A stretch of 64,000 nt of DNA from Anaerolineales bacterium (GCA_035298105.1 DATGYJ010000433.1:1374-65373), one strand, 5' to 3'. Shown: positions 37,651 to 49,022, counted from the stretch's first letter. Notes: generated from the letters alone by a model not told the origin. A program made the numbers and translations.

Positions 37651-38913
37651 ATGGCCACCAACGAACGCATTGATCACCTGGAACGTTTGCTCGAAGTTGT
37701 GCGGGGTTTAACCACAGCACCTGAGCTTGAATCCTTTTTACAAACTATTATCAATGAAGCCATTGAGCTCACTAATAGCGAGCTGGCGTCCATTCTGGAG
37801 TACGATGAAACTGCCGAAGAACTGCGCTTCCTTGCGATGCACTGGTTTCAGCGCGATTTGCTCCGTCCGATGGGCGTTCCGTTGGATGGGAGTGCAGCCG
37901 GCTGGGTATATCGTCGCGGCCAGCCTTTGATTATTCAGGATGCGAAACTCGACCAGCGGCATTTCAAAGTGGTTGACCGTGTAACCAAGCATGAGACGCA
38001 CTCACTTGTAGCAGTTCCACTCATGGTGCGCGGTGAAGTTGTGGGGGTACTGGAAGCATTGAATAAAAAGGATAACGCACATTATACCGAAGAAGATCAG
38101 GCCATTCTAGAAACACTGGCTGCTCTCGCTGCGCAGGCGGTGAAAAATGATAACCTTCAAAGGAAAGTGCGTGCCACCAGCGTTGAGCTTGCTGAATTGG
38201 AGCGCCTCAAAACAGACTTTATCGCGATCACCTCTCATGAACTTCGGACTCCGTTAGGTCTGATCCTGGGTCATGCCACATTTCTGCGTGAACTGGCCAG
38301 TGAACAATATGACGACCAACTCGACATGATCATCCGCAATGCCACGAAACTCAAAGAAATCGTTGAGAATCTTTCGGATGTGGATAATGTGCAGACAGGT
38401 GCGGCGCGTGTTCGAAGTCAAAAGGTCTCACTCGCAAAGGTCGCGGGAGATGTAACTCTAACATTTCAGGATGAGGCGAAGTCGAGAAACATTACACTAA
38501 ATTGTGAGATCGAGCAATCTCCATTTTATGTGAATGCAGACGAAGTCAAGCTTAGTATCGCTCTGAGTAATCTTATCAAGAACGCGCTTCAGTTCACGGA
38601 ATCTGGTGGGCATGTTACGGTCAAGGTCCAGGAGGAGTCTGGGTATTTTAAAGTAAGCGTGACGGATGATGGAATTGGCATTCCTACCAGAGATCTCCCT
38701 CGTGTGTTTGAAAGGTTTTTCCAGGTGGAGACGCATCTCACCCGCCATTACGGTGGGATGGGATTGGGACTTTCTGTCGCGAAAGCCATGATCGATTTAC
38801 ACGGTGGGCGGATCTGGGCGGAAAGCGAGGAAGGTAAAGGTAGTACATTCACCTTCCTTTTGCCCATGGAGCAGGTGCAGCAAATGCCTGCCTCCAGTCC
38901 ATTTATTGAGTGA
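37651..38913 (+). CDS. cytoplasmic GAF-domain sensor histidine kinase
   Basis: GAF; H box SHELRTPL; N, G1 (DDGIG), F and G2 (GMGLGL) boxes. Confidence 0.94.
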   Translation: MATNERIDHLERLLEVVRGLTTAPELESFLQTIINEAIELTNSELASILEYDETAEELRFLAMHWFQRDLLRPMGVPLDGSAAGWVYRRGQPLIIQDAKLDQRHFKVVDRVTKHETHSLVAVPLMVRGEVVGVLEALNKKDNAHYTEEDQAILETLAALAAQAVKNDNLQRKVRATSVELAELERLKTDFIAITSHELRTPLGLILGHATFLRELASEQYDDQLDMIIRNATKLKEIVENLSDVDNVQTGAARVRSQKVSLAKVAGDVTLTFQDEAKSRNITLNCEIEQSPFYVNADEVKLSIALSNLIKNALQFTESGGHVTVKVQEESGYFKVSVTDDGIGIPTRDLPRVFERFFQVETHLTRHYGGMGLGLSVAKAMIDLHGGRIWAESEEGKGSTFTFLLPMEQVQQMPASSPFIE

Positions 38914-38996
38914 TTTTTCACAGTCTACCAGGCGGTTTAATTCAATTCGGTGACAGTTAAAGCAACTGTCACCTTTTCTTTTATAATGGACCTGAT

Positions 38997-39992
38997 ATGG
39001 AACCTCAATTTCTAGTTTTTGGCAAGTTGACCCGTGAATATCTGTTGCCTCCATCCGGTCCGGCTAGGCTTGACGTGGCCGGAGGAAGCCTGCTTTATGC
39101 GGCGGCGGGGCTGCGCGTGTGGGAATCGGAAATTGGCTTGGTAGGACGCGTTGGAAACGATTATCCACGCGAATGGCTGAACACATGCATTGCGCGCGGA
39201 TTTGATACCTGCGGTATTCGGATCCTTTCCAGGAATATGGATGTGAGAGATTTCTTGGCTTATAACGAGTCATTTGAAGCGAACAGGATCAACCCCGTGT
39301 CACATTTTGCGCGGCGCGAGATGACTTTTCCCAAATCGCTGCTTGGGTACCAGCCTCCCAATGACAAGAAGAAACCTGATGCAGAAAGCATGCTCATGGT
39401 GACCGATATTCCAAACGATTACCAGATGGCACGCGCCGCGCTCTTATGCCCAATGGATATCGTCACACAGACGCAGTTGATCGCAGGCATGAAGCGCGGC
39501 AGCGTCCATACTTTCGTTCTGGATCCCGGTCCTGATGCAATGATGCCGAAAGCGCGGCGTGAACTACCAGCCCTGCTCAACGGCGTCACGGCTTTCCTTC
39601 CGTCGCAGGAGGAGTTGTGTAATCTTTTTTGGGGACAGACTCATGATCTCTGGGAAATGGCGGAAGCTGTTTCAATGTATGGCTGCGAATATGTGGTGAT
39701 CAAGTGTGGCGCGCGCGGTCAATGGCTGTATGATACGAACAGCAAACGGAAATGGGAGGTCCCTGCTTATCCGGCTCGGCTTGCCGATCCCTCAGGAGCA
39801 GGCGATGCGTTTTGTGGCGGTTTCCTCGCGGGCTATTGTAAAAATTACGATCCACTCGAGGGCGTGTTATACGGAAATATATCTGCTTCTTTGAAGGTGG
39901 AAGGAAGCGGCGCGTTTTATCCTCTGGATGTCTTGCCTGGGTTGGCAGAGGCGCGCCTGGGCGTCTTAAGGGAAATGGTGCGGGAAGTATGA
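38997..39992 (+). CDS. PfkB family carbohydrate kinase
   Basis: GGSLLYAA, DPSGAGDAFCGG. Confidence 0.9.
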   Translation: MEPQFLVFGKLTREYLLPPSGPARLDVAGGSLLYAAAGLRVWESEIGLVGRVGNDYPREWLNTCIARGFDTCGIRILSRNMDVRDFLAYNESFEANRINPVSHFARREMTFPKSLLGYQPPNDKKKPDAESMLMVTDIPNDYQMARAALLCPMDIVTQTQLIAGMKRGSVHTFVLDPGPDAMMPKARRELPALLNGVTAFLPSQEELCNLFWGQTHDLWEMAEAVSMYGCEYVVIKCGARGQWLYDTNSKRKWEVPAYPARLADPSGAGDAFCGGFLAGYCKNYDPLEGVLYGNISASLKVEGSGAFYPLDVLPGLAEARLGVLREMVREV

Positions 39993-41083
39993 TGAATGAT
40001 TTGGTGAATCGTGTAATTGAGCTGGCTGTTCAGATCCAGCAGATCCCTGGACCCACGTTCCATGAAGGGAAAAGAGCGGAGTTTGTCTCTCAGTTGTTTT
40101 TTGACGAGAAGTTGCAGGATGTTTGTATTGATGAGATGGGCAATGTACTCGCTCGCCTGCCTGGAAAAGGTAGACAGAATCCGCTGATTGTGAGCGCTCA
40201 CATGGATACGGTCTTTCCGTTAGAGACGAATTTGCATATCAGGCGGGACCCGGAGCTGATCTATGGCCCCGGACTCGGAGACAATTCTTTAGGTGTCGCC
40301 GCTTTGTTCGGGCTGATATGGTCTTTGCGAGAACGCGAGATTCCATTGCACGGGGATGTGTGGTTTGTGGCAAACGTTGGTGAGGAGGGCTTGGGTAACC
40401 TGAGCGGGATGAAAACCGTCGTCGCACGTTTCGGAGCAAACGTACATGCCTATCTGGTCGTTGAGGGCCTGGCATTGGGACATGTCTATCATCGGGCGGT
40501 GGGAGTCAAGCGTTATCGTGTTAGTGCGCGGACTACCGGCGGACATTCATGGTCAGACTATGGTCAACCTTCGGCGATCCATGAACTGGCAAGGCTGATT
40601 GTGCAATTGACGTCACTGATCTTGCCAACTCATCCACGCACGACGATGAATGTGGGAAAGATTTCAGGTGGGACATCGGTGAATGTTATTGCCTCAGAGG
40701 CCTCATTCGATTTGGATTTGCGTTCGGAGGGACAGGAATCTTTGGCCGAACTGGTCTCAGCGGCCGAGAAATTAATTCATCACGCCAACCGCCCCGGGGT
40801 TAGCATTGAAGCGGAGGTAATCGGTCAGCGACCTGCGGGCGAAATTTCCCCAAATCATCCACTGGTGATGCTGGCAAAAAATTGTCTGCAAGAGCAGGGC
40901 TTAGACGCTGGATTGATCTCAGGTTCTACAGATGCAAATATGCCGCTCAGCAAAGGCTATCCGGCCATTGTGTTGGGTGTAACAACGGGTGGCAGCGCAC
41001 ATACGATTCATGAATTTATCCATATCAGGCCCATCAGACAAGGCCTGGAGCAGTTGGTGAGTTTTGTAAGTAAGGTTTGGTAA
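39989..41083 (+). CDS. M20/M25/M40 family metallo-hydrolase
   Basis: SAHMDTV, GLGDN, GEEG, GGHS, STDAN, AHT. Confidence 0.92.
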   Translation: MMNDLVNRVIELAVQIQQIPGPTFHEGKRAEFVSQLFFDEKLQDVCIDEMGNVLARLPGKGRQNPLIVSAHMDTVFPLETNLHIRRDPELIYGPGLGDNSLGVAALFGLIWSLREREIPLHGDVWFVANVGEEGLGNLSGMKTVVARFGANVHAYLVVEGLALGHVYHRAVGVKRYRVSARTTGGHSWSDYGQPSAIHELARLIVQLTSLILPTHPRTTMNVGKISGGTSVNVIASEASFDLDLRSEGQESLAELVSAAEKLIHHANRPGVSIEAEVIGQRPAGEISPNHPLVMLAKNCLQEQGLDAGLISGSTDANMPLSKGYPAIVLGVTTGGSAHTIHEFIHIRPIRQGLEQLVSFVSKVW

Positions 41084-41100
41084 TGAACTGCCGAACGAAC

Positions 41101-42813
41101 TTACTTCAAACCTAAGACCTCATACACTTCCAGTGGTTGAGTCTTGCCTTTTACGGAAAGAGGCACAAAAACTCTTGCGCTAATCTCGTCCTTTACGCGC
41201 TCATAGGCCTCTCTGCTGATCAAAATCTGATTTTTGGCACAATTCTCCTGGATACGTTTTGTTGTATTGACACTGTCGCTGATCGCCGTGTATTCGAGCC
41301 GTTTTTCGGTGCCAATCCAGCCTAATACGGCTTCGCCATAATGAATACCCACGCCGAAATCAAGATGGGTCTCTTTGGGCATTTCGGCATGTAAGGCGGC
41401 AACTGCCTCACGGATCGCCAATGCAGATTTCACCGCGCGCAACGTATGATCAGGCTGGGGGAGCGGCGCGTTATACCAGGCCATAACTGCATCGCCCAGG
41501 AATTTATCCACCGTGCCTTCATTGGCAAGCACTGCGTCTGCGGCAGCGGCGAGATAACGGTTTAGCACGGCCACCAATTCTTCAGGCGAGTGCTGTTCAC
41601 TATAGGCGGTGAAGCCGCGAATATCCGCGAACAGAACTGTGATATAGACTTTTTTGCCACCGATGTGCAAACTGTTCGGGTCAATTTGATCGAGCACGGC
41701 TGGCGACACCATTCGCTGTAATAAACTGCGCTGTGCTTCGAGTTTTTTCCGCTCGGTCATATCGTCGAGCACGATCGCGACGCCCTGGGTTTTTTGTCCT
41801 GCATCTTTGAGCGGGGAGAGATTGAAACGCCAATCTACGGAGCCGCGCTCGGGCATATCGTGGCTCAATTCGAGACCGACAACAGGTTGGTCGCTTTTGC
41901 GGACCAAATCCAAGTGCGGCAGGATGTCGCTCGCGAAGGTAGGCATGATCTCACCCAAAGGACGTCCCACGATCTCAGCAGAGGCCTGTCCTAATATGGA
42001 TGAGGCAGCTCGATTGCACAGCGTAATTTGATCCTGCACATCGGCTGTGATCACCCCCGACACGATCGAGGCGAACACGTCATCCATGAGGTTTTTGAGC
42101 TCGGTCACTTCTTCGAGCGTGCGCTTCAGGGAGGAGAATAGACGGGCATTTTCAATAGAGACAGCAGCTTGATTGGCAAACGCGAGCAAGAGGTCACGGT
42201 CCGATTCAGAGAAGATCCCCGTGCGAATGCGGTTATCAGTATAGATGACGCCGATCAATTCTGATTTGACCGTTAACGGTACGCACAGGATCGAGCGCAA
42301 ATTAAAGGCGATAATGCTTTCCTGACCACCAAAACGTGGATCTTCGCGCGCATTCGTTGTCAGTATCGCTTCGCCGCTGTCAATGACCCGCTGCACCACG
42401 GTCCGACTAATGGCAAATTCATTCTGATTGATGGATTCCTGTTCCCAGTTGCGTGCAATGCGAATGGTCATTTCACCGCTGTGGCTGCGCTCATCTCGCA
42501 GCATAAGGAAGCCGCGTTCCGCGCCCATCAGGCGTACAATGGTATCCATCACAATTTGCAGAACTTCATCTACTTCAAGCGTGGAGTTAACAACTTGACC
42601 GATTCCCGCTAGCGCCTGCAGGTGGCTAAATCGCTGTTCAAAAGGGATGAGCGCCTCGCTGATCCGCTCCAGGGCATTTTCAAGATTCTTCAACCCATCC
42701 ACTGCTTCAGGGATTAGTCTGGGTTCCAGGGCAGCCCGCAATTTGGCGCTTTGCTGCGCAACAACGACGACTTGATCGTTGATGGAAATAGGCTTGGTCT
42801 TGGTTGTATCCAT
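41101..42813 (-). CDS. GAF-PAS class III adenylate/guanylate cyclase
   Basis: VLFADIRGFT, DKFLGDAVM, YTAISDSVNTTKRIQ, VKGK. Confidence 0.93.
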   Translation of the reverse strand: MDTTKTKPISINDQVVVVAQQSAKLRAALEPRLIPEAVDGLKNLENALERISEALIPFEQRFSHLQALAGIGQVVNSTLEVDEVLQIVMDTIVRLMGAERGFLMLRDERSHSGEMTIRIARNWEQESINQNEFAISRTVVQRVIDSGEAILTTNAREDPRFGGQESIIAFNLRSILCVPLTVKSELIGVIYTDNRIRTGIFSESDRDLLLAFANQAAVSIENARLFSSLKRTLEEVTELKNLMDDVFASIVSGVITADVQDQITLCNRAASSILGQASAEIVGRPLGEIMPTFASDILPHLDLVRKSDQPVVGLELSHDMPERGSVDWRFNLSPLKDAGQKTQGVAIVLDDMTERKKLEAQRSLLQRMVSPAVLDQIDPNSLHIGGKKVYITVLFADIRGFTAYSEQHSPEELVAVLNRYLAAAADAVLANEGTVDKFLGDAVMAWYNAPLPQPDHTLRAVKSALAIREAVAALHAEMPKETHLDFGVGIHYGEAVLGWIGTEKRLEYTAISDSVNTTKRIQENCAKNQILISREAYERVKDEISARVFVPLSVKGKTQPLEVYEVLGLK

Positions 42814-42860
42814 GAGGTTTCCTTTGCGCGACCAAGACCCGCTCTTTATGATTTGGAAAG

Positions 42861-45242
42861 CTAGTGCAGGGGTTTACCGGAAAACAAGTAGCGAATTCGC
42901 TCGAGGATAACCTGCTTACGTATGTCCAACGCGGCGTGGCGGGCCTGTGTCACGTCTGCAATTCTAGAAGTATAAAGGGATGTCTGGTGTTCGTCCAGAA
43001 GTATTTTGATGTTGTCAGCTTCATTTGGCAGGATACGAGTCAGTTTTGCCGCCCTTTCAATGGGCGTAATATGGACGGCGGCGGGTTGGTCCAGTTGTCG
43101 CAATCCGAAGTTGATGCTCTCGAAGGCCCTTTCAATGGGAGAAAGCTTCACCCATTTTTCCCAGCGAATGACCCAGGTCGGAATTTCAATACCGGTACGT
43201 TCAATGGTGGTGTGTAAGAAAACCGGGAAGCGCGCAGGCAATGCATAGCGATAGCTGAGGAAAACTGTCAGGGTCACGAGAAATATCAGTAATGGGAGCA
43301 GATAAAGGCCGAGTTTGATCGGTGTATCTGTTTGCCCAGTCGTGTCCAATCCCTTATCCAGTTGATTTGGATCGGTAGGAAATTGATCCGCTTCCTTTCG
43401 CAGGTCCTGTGGAAGAGGATTATTTCCATTAACTGAATCTTGGCGCGGTAATGGTCGAGAGAGGGGAATTTGATTGGCAGTTGGTTCAAATTCTATCCAG
43501 CCAACCCCGGGAAAATAAACTTCGGGCCAGGCATGCGCATTGCGTTTAAGCACGGTATAGGTGGTTGGCGAGAGCTCTTGTTCTGGAACGCCGCGTTCGG
43601 TGGTGACGGCTGTACCTTGTGCAAAGCCGACTGCCATCCGGGCTGGGATCCCCAGGGAACGCAGCATCAGGACCTCGGAGGTGGCATAGTAAACGCAGTA
43701 ACCTTTTTTATATTCGAACAATATCCATTCGAGCGGATCTCTGTTGCGCGGTATTTCAGAAATTGTCGCTGAATATTGGATCGTCTTGCGCAGATAATCT
43801 GTGATCGCGTTGGCTTTGTCGTAGGGCGTTTCGGCTCCTGCTGTAACTTCTTTGGCAAGTTCTTTGATGCGTGGAGAAAAGCCATCAGGCAATTGCACGT
43901 ATTTATTTTTGATCCAATCGGGATAATCTGTGCCAGCGCCGCGAAGCTGTTCAGTGTTGGGGTTGCTCAACAATGCATCTACCTGGTACGTTTCACCAGA
44001 TAAAAGTACAGGTTGCGCATTCCAAAAAACAGGGTCGTTTTTCCCGCCAGTGCTCGACAGCATGATTGATCCGGGGCGGCTCACCCATACCGGTTCTGAT
44101 GGCGAATATAACATTGAGAAGGTCGCTTTACCGGTATAGAAAACGAAGCGAGCGAGAGTTTTATCCTCTGTATTCGCGTTAAGGGGATTGGTGTTCTCTG
44201 GAGAAAAATCTTCGCGGACGGTGCCAGTAGTATGCCATTGACCTTTAGAGAAATAATCGTAGACCCGTCCACGCCAGTAATAGCGGGGCGGTTTCTCGTC
44301 TCTCAGGAGGGACGGCGCTTTTACCTGAAACATGACTACATCTGAAAGCGGGAAACCACGCCCAAGGCTGAGATTAGAGCCAAAGAACTCACCACCCCTT
44401 CCTCCAGTTGATGATTGGAGTGCACTGACAGCATTTTCCATCTTATTTGAGAATTCCTGCCAGGGCTGTGTGATTCGATTCCAGGTTCTCGAAAAAGAGT
44501 CTAGTCCTGAGATAGAAGCCGGGATTGTCCAGGCAACAATGATGATCAAGCTCGCAGCAATTGCCATGCTACTTGTCAGATCAACACTATTGTCAGGAGA
44601 AAGGAAGATACGTCGCTCAAACCAGGACCGTTTATTCTGCAAAAACTGGAGGCGCCCCAGCAGAAGTAAGGCGACAAATGCAAAGAATGCCAAAAACCAT
44701 AGCCGGCTCACAGGGCCATTATCGTAATTCTGAATGACAAGCAAACCGATCGCGGCGGGAAGCACAGAACCGAGATAATTCTGATTGCGCACCAGTGTAA
44801 AGGCTGCCCATGAGCTGATAATCCAAAAAGCAACGGACATCACTGCAACGAAAAAGAATGGATCTTGCACGGGCCGACGCGCAAAGAAATCGGAGGTAGA
44901 GAAGACCAAACGGCCAGCAACACTGGACAACTGCTCTTCCAAAGAGGCATGCTGATCAATGACCAGAGTCCACTGTAGAGGTAACATGATCACCATGTAG
45001 AAAAAGGTCAACCACCGCACAGTAGGTCGCTGAAATCTGCTGTATCCAAGCGCCATACCGATGGCAAACCCAATCGAACTGAATGTTTGGACAAGGGAAA
45101 GGAACGGAGTCCAGGTGGTAGCTACAAGGCGCGAGGCAACGGTTTGCAATAGAATGAAAAGCAAACCAATGGCGGCCCAATCCCACCAGCGAGATTGTTG
45201 TGATTGTTCTGAATGCAACTTTTCCATTTCCTGAGTGTACAA
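42861..45242 (-). CDS. TgpA-like membrane transglutaminase-domain protein
   Basis: Multi-TM N-terminus; RYYWRG; GYCVYYA; AHAWPEVYF..GWIEFEPT; start may be ATG 45227. Confidence 0.9.
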   Translation of the reverse strand: MYTQEMEKLHSEQSQQSRWWDWAAIGLLFILLQTVASRLVATTWTPFLSLVQTFSSIGFAIGMALGYSRFQRPTVRWLTFFYMVIMLPLQWTLVIDQHASLEEQLSSVAGRLVFSTSDFFARRPVQDPFFFVAVMSVAFWIISSWAAFTLVRNQNYLGSVLPAAIGLLVIQNYDNGPVSRLWFLAFFAFVALLLLGRLQFLQNKRSWFERRIFLSPDNSVDLTSSMAIAASLIIIVAWTIPASISGLDSFSRTWNRITQPWQEFSNKMENAVSALQSSTGGRGGEFFGSNLSLGRGFPLSDVVMFQVKAPSLLRDEKPPRYYWRGRVYDYFSKGQWHTTGTVREDFSPENTNPLNANTEDKTLARFVFYTGKATFSMLYSPSEPVWVSRPGSIMLSSTGGKNDPVFWNAQPVLLSGETYQVDALLSNPNTEQLRGAGTDYPDWIKNKYVQLPDGFSPRIKELAKEVTAGAETPYDKANAITDYLRKTIQYSATISEIPRNRDPLEWILFEYKKGYCVYYATSEVLMLRSLGIPARMAVGFAQGTAVTTERGVPEQELSPTTYTVLKRNAHAWPEVYFPGVGWIEFEPTANQIPLSRPLPRQDSVNGNNPLPQDLRKEADQFPTDPNQLDKGLDTTGQTDTPIKLGLYLLPLLIFLVTLTVFLSYRYALPARFPVFLHTTIERTGIEIPTWVIRWEKWVKLSPIERAFESINFGLRQLDQPAAVHITPIERAAKLTRILPNEADNIKILLDEHQTSLYTSRIADVTQARHAALDIRKQVILERIRYLFSGKPLH

Positions 45243-45454
45243 TTAAGCAGGTGTAATCGTCAGGTACTGAAGAGGGGTTTTTAGGTCAATGATGACTACG
45301 CAGATACAAAATTCGTTTTTACGAACTCTTAAGGAGTACCGTAGAAACACCGACCGAGAAATTTGATTCTAGCCTAAAATTCGCCCGGAAAAGCTTAGGA
45401 ATTGATAAGATAAGGATAAATTCGTCTAACTTCGCAGATTCAAAGGAGACTGAT

Positions 45455-46456
45455 ATGCACTTTTTCATTCAAAACGGAATTGACTGGATCATTGCCATTC
45501 AGTCGCTCGGCACTTGGCTAGAATTGCCCATGAAATTCTTTACTTTTTTGGGCTACGAAAACTTCTTTTTCCTTGTTCTACCCTTAATTTATTGGAGCGT
45601 CGATACAGGATTGGGGTTGCGAATTGCCTTGATCCTGGCTGCCAGCGACTACTTGAATTGTATCGTAAAACTGGCCTTTGCTGCCCCGCGGCCTTATTGG
45701 GTCAATGCACGCGTCGAACCCTTTTCCGTTGAGAGTTCCTTTGGTATTCCGTCGGGTCATGCCCAGAACGCGACTGCACTTTGGGGGATTCTGGCGGCTG
45801 GAGTAAATAAACCCTGGGCATGGGCAACTGCTTTTATACTTGCCTTTCTCATAGGGTTTTCACGTCTCTACCTCGGCGTGCATTTTCTGCATGATGTTCT
45901 GACAGGCTGGTTGATTGGGTTTGTGCTTCTGTTTGGGTTCTTGAAGCTTTGGGATCCGGTTCGTACCTGGCTCAAGACCAAAACGCTCGGCCAACAAGTA
46001 ATCATTGCCTTTCTCGTTTCTCTGCTTATGATCGCAATCGGTGTATGGAGCTCCGCCCGCCTGGATGGATATGTCTTTCCGGTCGAATGGACAGAGAATG
46101 CGCTGCGCGCCGGACCATTGCCAGACCCCATCTCAATGGAGGGAATCTTCACCTCTTCGGGGTCTTTCTTTGGTCTGGCAGCCGGAGCAGCCTGGATCGC
46201 CTCGCGAGGTGGGTATCAAACTTCAGGCCCGCTGGAGAAACGGGCTCTTCGGTATGTGATCGGCTTAATTGGAATCATGATCCTGTGGTATGGACTGGGA
46301 AAGATCTTTCCGCGCGGTGAAACATTCATCCCGGTGATTCTGCGCTATATTCGTTATTCTCTGGTGGGCTTCTGGGTAACGGCGGGAGCACCTTGGTTGT
46401 TTTTTCATTTCAAATTAGCAGACAAACCCAAGATATGGGATGTCTCTCTGTTATAA
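45455..46456 (+). CDS. PAP2 family membrane phosphatase
   Basis: K..(x)..RP, PSGH, SRLYLGVH...D. Confidence 0.92.
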   Translation: MHFFIQNGIDWIIAIQSLGTWLELPMKFFTFLGYENFFFLVLPLIYWSVDTGLGLRIALILAASDYLNCIVKLAFAAPRPYWVNARVEPFSVESSFGIPSGHAQNATALWGILAAGVNKPWAWATAFILAFLIGFSRLYLGVHFLHDVLTGWLIGFVLLFGFLKLWDPVRTWLKTKTLGQQVIIAFLVSLLMIAIGVWSSARLDGYVFPVEWTENALRAGPLPDPISMEGIFTSSGSFFGLAAGAAWIASRGGYQTSGPLEKRALRYVIGLIGIMILWYGLGKIFPRGETFIPVILRYIRYSLVGFWVTAGAPWLFFHFKLADKPKIWDVSLL

Positions 46457-46498
46457 TGCCAAGTCTACGGCAAAATTTTTGGGAGAACGTATAAATCC

Positions 46499-48691
46499 AT
46501 GACCCTGGAGCGCGGCGCATTATTACACAAGCGATATCGTATTGTTGAAATCCTCGGACAAGGAGGAATGGGTTCTGTTTACCGGGCTGTGGATGAAAAC
46601 CTGGGCGTGGATGTGGCCGTTAAAGAAAACCTGTTCACGACAGATGAATATGCACGTCAGTTCCGCCTGGAAGCGGTCATTCTTGCGAATTTGCGTCATC
46701 CCAATCTGCCGCGTGTTACCGACCATTTCGTGATTGGCGACCAGGGACAGTATTTAGTGATGGATTACATCGAGGGGGAGGATTTACGCCAGCGCATGGA
46801 GCGGATGGGCAATATCACTGAAGATGAAGCAATTCTGATTGGCGCAGCTATTTGTGACGCGCTGGCTTATCTGCATACCCGTAAGCCTCCCATTCTGCAC
46901 CGTGATATTAAACCGGGGAACGTCAAGATCACGCCCGATGGACATATTTTTCTCGTAGATTTTGGCCTTGCGAAAGTGCTGCACGGAAGCCAGGCCACGA
47001 CAACCGGGGCGCGTGCCATGACGCCTGGTTATTCACCGCCGGAACAATATGGCACTGCACGCACGGACCCACGTACGGATATCTATTCCCTGGGGGCCAC
47101 ACTTTATGCCGCTTTGACCGGTATTATCCCTGAGGACGGTCTTGCGCGTGCAATGGACAACACGCAGCTCACGCCGCTACGCAAGCGCAACGGCAAGGTC
47201 TCGCGGCGGCTGGCTGCGGCGATTGAAAAGGCAATGGGAGTGGATCCCGCGGAGCGTTTTCAGAATGCCGAAGAATTCAAACGTTCCCTGCTTGGATCAA
47301 AAACGAAGACCCAGCTCCTGCCAGCCGATTTTGTTGTTGAACCTCCGCCGCCAGAAGTAATCGACGAACTTCATCAAAATCCGCTTCAGAGGCTGTCTCA
47401 ACCCGTTGATAATCATAAATCGGGAAATGCACAAGGTGTCTCGGCTGCAGGGGAATTGCCGGTCTTTAAACCTCGGCGGAAACGCAGAAAGGGACGCCGG
47501 CTTCTAGCAATATTCTTGTGGACCTTGCTCCTGCTCTCTTTGGCCATTGTGGCTGTTGTCCGTTTTCGACCGGACTTTGTGCCCGCACAAATGATGACTT
47601 TGCTGAGTCCTTTGAACGAGATCAAGTTCCCGTTTATTGTTCAACGGAATACACCTACTGTGCCCCCAACCGCAACGCAGACATTAGCAGATGTGCCCAC
47701 TGTTACTCCAATTACTGTTGCGCCCACAGTGACTGCGACTCTTTTGCTCACCCAGACACCTGAACCTACTTTAGAGTTTACGCCAACGCCTGATCACACA
47801 GCTCCGGCTGTGGCTACCGCACTGGGCGGTGGATCGGGTCAAATTATCTTTGCATCTACGCGTTCAGGTCTGCCGCAGCTTTATCTTGTCAATACCGATA
47901 ATACTGGACTGACGCAGATCACCAACATGGAGCAAGGCGCGTGCCAGCCCTCCTGGTCACCGGATGGCTTGCAATTGGTGTTTATCTCTCCGTGTGCCGG
48001 GCGTGCTGATTTTTTTGAGACAATATATAATGAATCAAGCCTGTATACCATCAACGCTGATGGGACAGGTTTAAAACAATTGACGCAGTCCCCTGGTTCG
48101 GACTTTGAGCCTGCCTGGTCACCGGATGGGAAACAGATTGCTTTCACGTCTGTGCGAGAGGGGTTTCGGCAGATTTATTCGTTGGATGTCAATTCGCTTG
48201 CGGTCACCCTCCTCACCAATACAACCAATATGATCGAGAGTAGTCAGCCCGCCTGGTCACCGGATGGAGCGAAGATTGCATATATGGTGAAGCGCGTGGG
48301 TACTTATCAAGTCTGGGCAATGACCAATACAGGTCAGGAAGCTGTCCAGCTTGCACACAGTGGGCAGAACTTATGGGACTTTCTGCCCGCCTGGTCGGCA
48401 GATGGAACGACGATTTATTTTAATCAAAGGCGGCAGGGTCCATTCCGTCCGTGGCTCATGAAAGTGAACTATGAAGATCTCAGCCAGGAGCCTAAGCGTT
48501 TGAATTTCATTACTCCGATTGAAGATGTGTCGTTTTCTCCAGATGGGTTGTGGTTGGTCTTTGAGGGTATGGATCCGGGAGGGAACAGAGATATCTATTT
48601 CATGACCGTTGCAGGAAGCGGCCGCACCCGTCTCACGAACGATCCAAAAATTGATTTTGATCCTGCCTGGCGGCCGCTACAAAAGCCATAG
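46499..48691 (+). CDS. Hanks-type Ser/Thr protein kinase with TM helix and extracellular PD40 beta-propeller
   Basis: LGQGGMG, VAVK, HRDIKPGN, DFG, PPE; TM; repeated PxWSPDG. Confidence 0.94.
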   Translation: MTLERGALLHKRYRIVEILGQGGMGSVYRAVDENLGVDVAVKENLFTTDEYARQFRLEAVILANLRHPNLPRVTDHFVIGDQGQYLVMDYIEGEDLRQRMERMGNITEDEAILIGAAICDALAYLHTRKPPILHRDIKPGNVKITPDGHIFLVDFGLAKVLHGSQATTTGARAMTPGYSPPEQYGTARTDPRTDIYSLGATLYAALTGIIPEDGLARAMDNTQLTPLRKRNGKVSRRLAAAIEKAMGVDPAERFQNAEEFKRSLLGSKTKTQLLPADFVVEPPPPEVIDELHQNPLQRLSQPVDNHKSGNAQGVSAAGELPVFKPRRKRRKGRRLLAIFLWTLLLLSLAIVAVVRFRPDFVPAQMMTLLSPLNEIKFPFIVQRNTPTVPPTATQTLADVPTVTPITVAPTVTATLLLTQTPEPTLEFTPTPDHTAPAVATALGGGSGQIIFASTRSGLPQLYLVNTDNTGLTQITNMEQGACQPSWSPDGLQLVFISPCAGRADFFETIYNESSLYTINADGTGLKQLTQSPGSDFEPAWSPDGKQIAFTSVREGFRQIYSLDVNSLAVTLLTNTTNMIESSQPAWSPDGAKIAYMVKRVGTYQVWAMTNTGQEAVQLAHSGQNLWDFLPAWSADGTTIYFNQRRQGPFRPWLMKVNYEDLSQEPKRLNFITPIEDVSFSPDGLWLVFEGMDPGGNRDIYFMTVAGSGRTRLTNDPKIDFDPAWRPLQKP

Positions 48692-48979
48692 AATTCCCGC
48701 GTTTTTTATGAGCTTTTTGAGGTGGCTCAGCACTGGCAGCAGGTTGATGCCCTTCATTCACGATCCATAGATCCTTCGTACATCCTTCATTGCGAAAAAA
48801 ACTCCATTTCTCTCCAGAAAAATCCCTCACCAGGCATCCACACCTCCCGGCACGGAGCAAGTTGAGCCATCGTCTGGTTCTTCGCCTCTTCCCTGCACTT
48901 TGAGAGGGCATCATACCCCTAAAGGAGCCACATTGCCCTTAATTACAGGAATGATTGGCTTTTTCTTACACTCCTCTTA

Positions 48980-49009
48980 TTGACGTCCCTCTTTTGCACA
49001 TGATATTAT
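48980..49009 (+). promoter_or_regulatory. sigma70-type promoter of the hrcA operon
   Basis: TTGACG ... TGA-TATTAT (extended -10). Confidence 0.7.
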
Positions 49010-49022
49010 TATTTACTATTGA

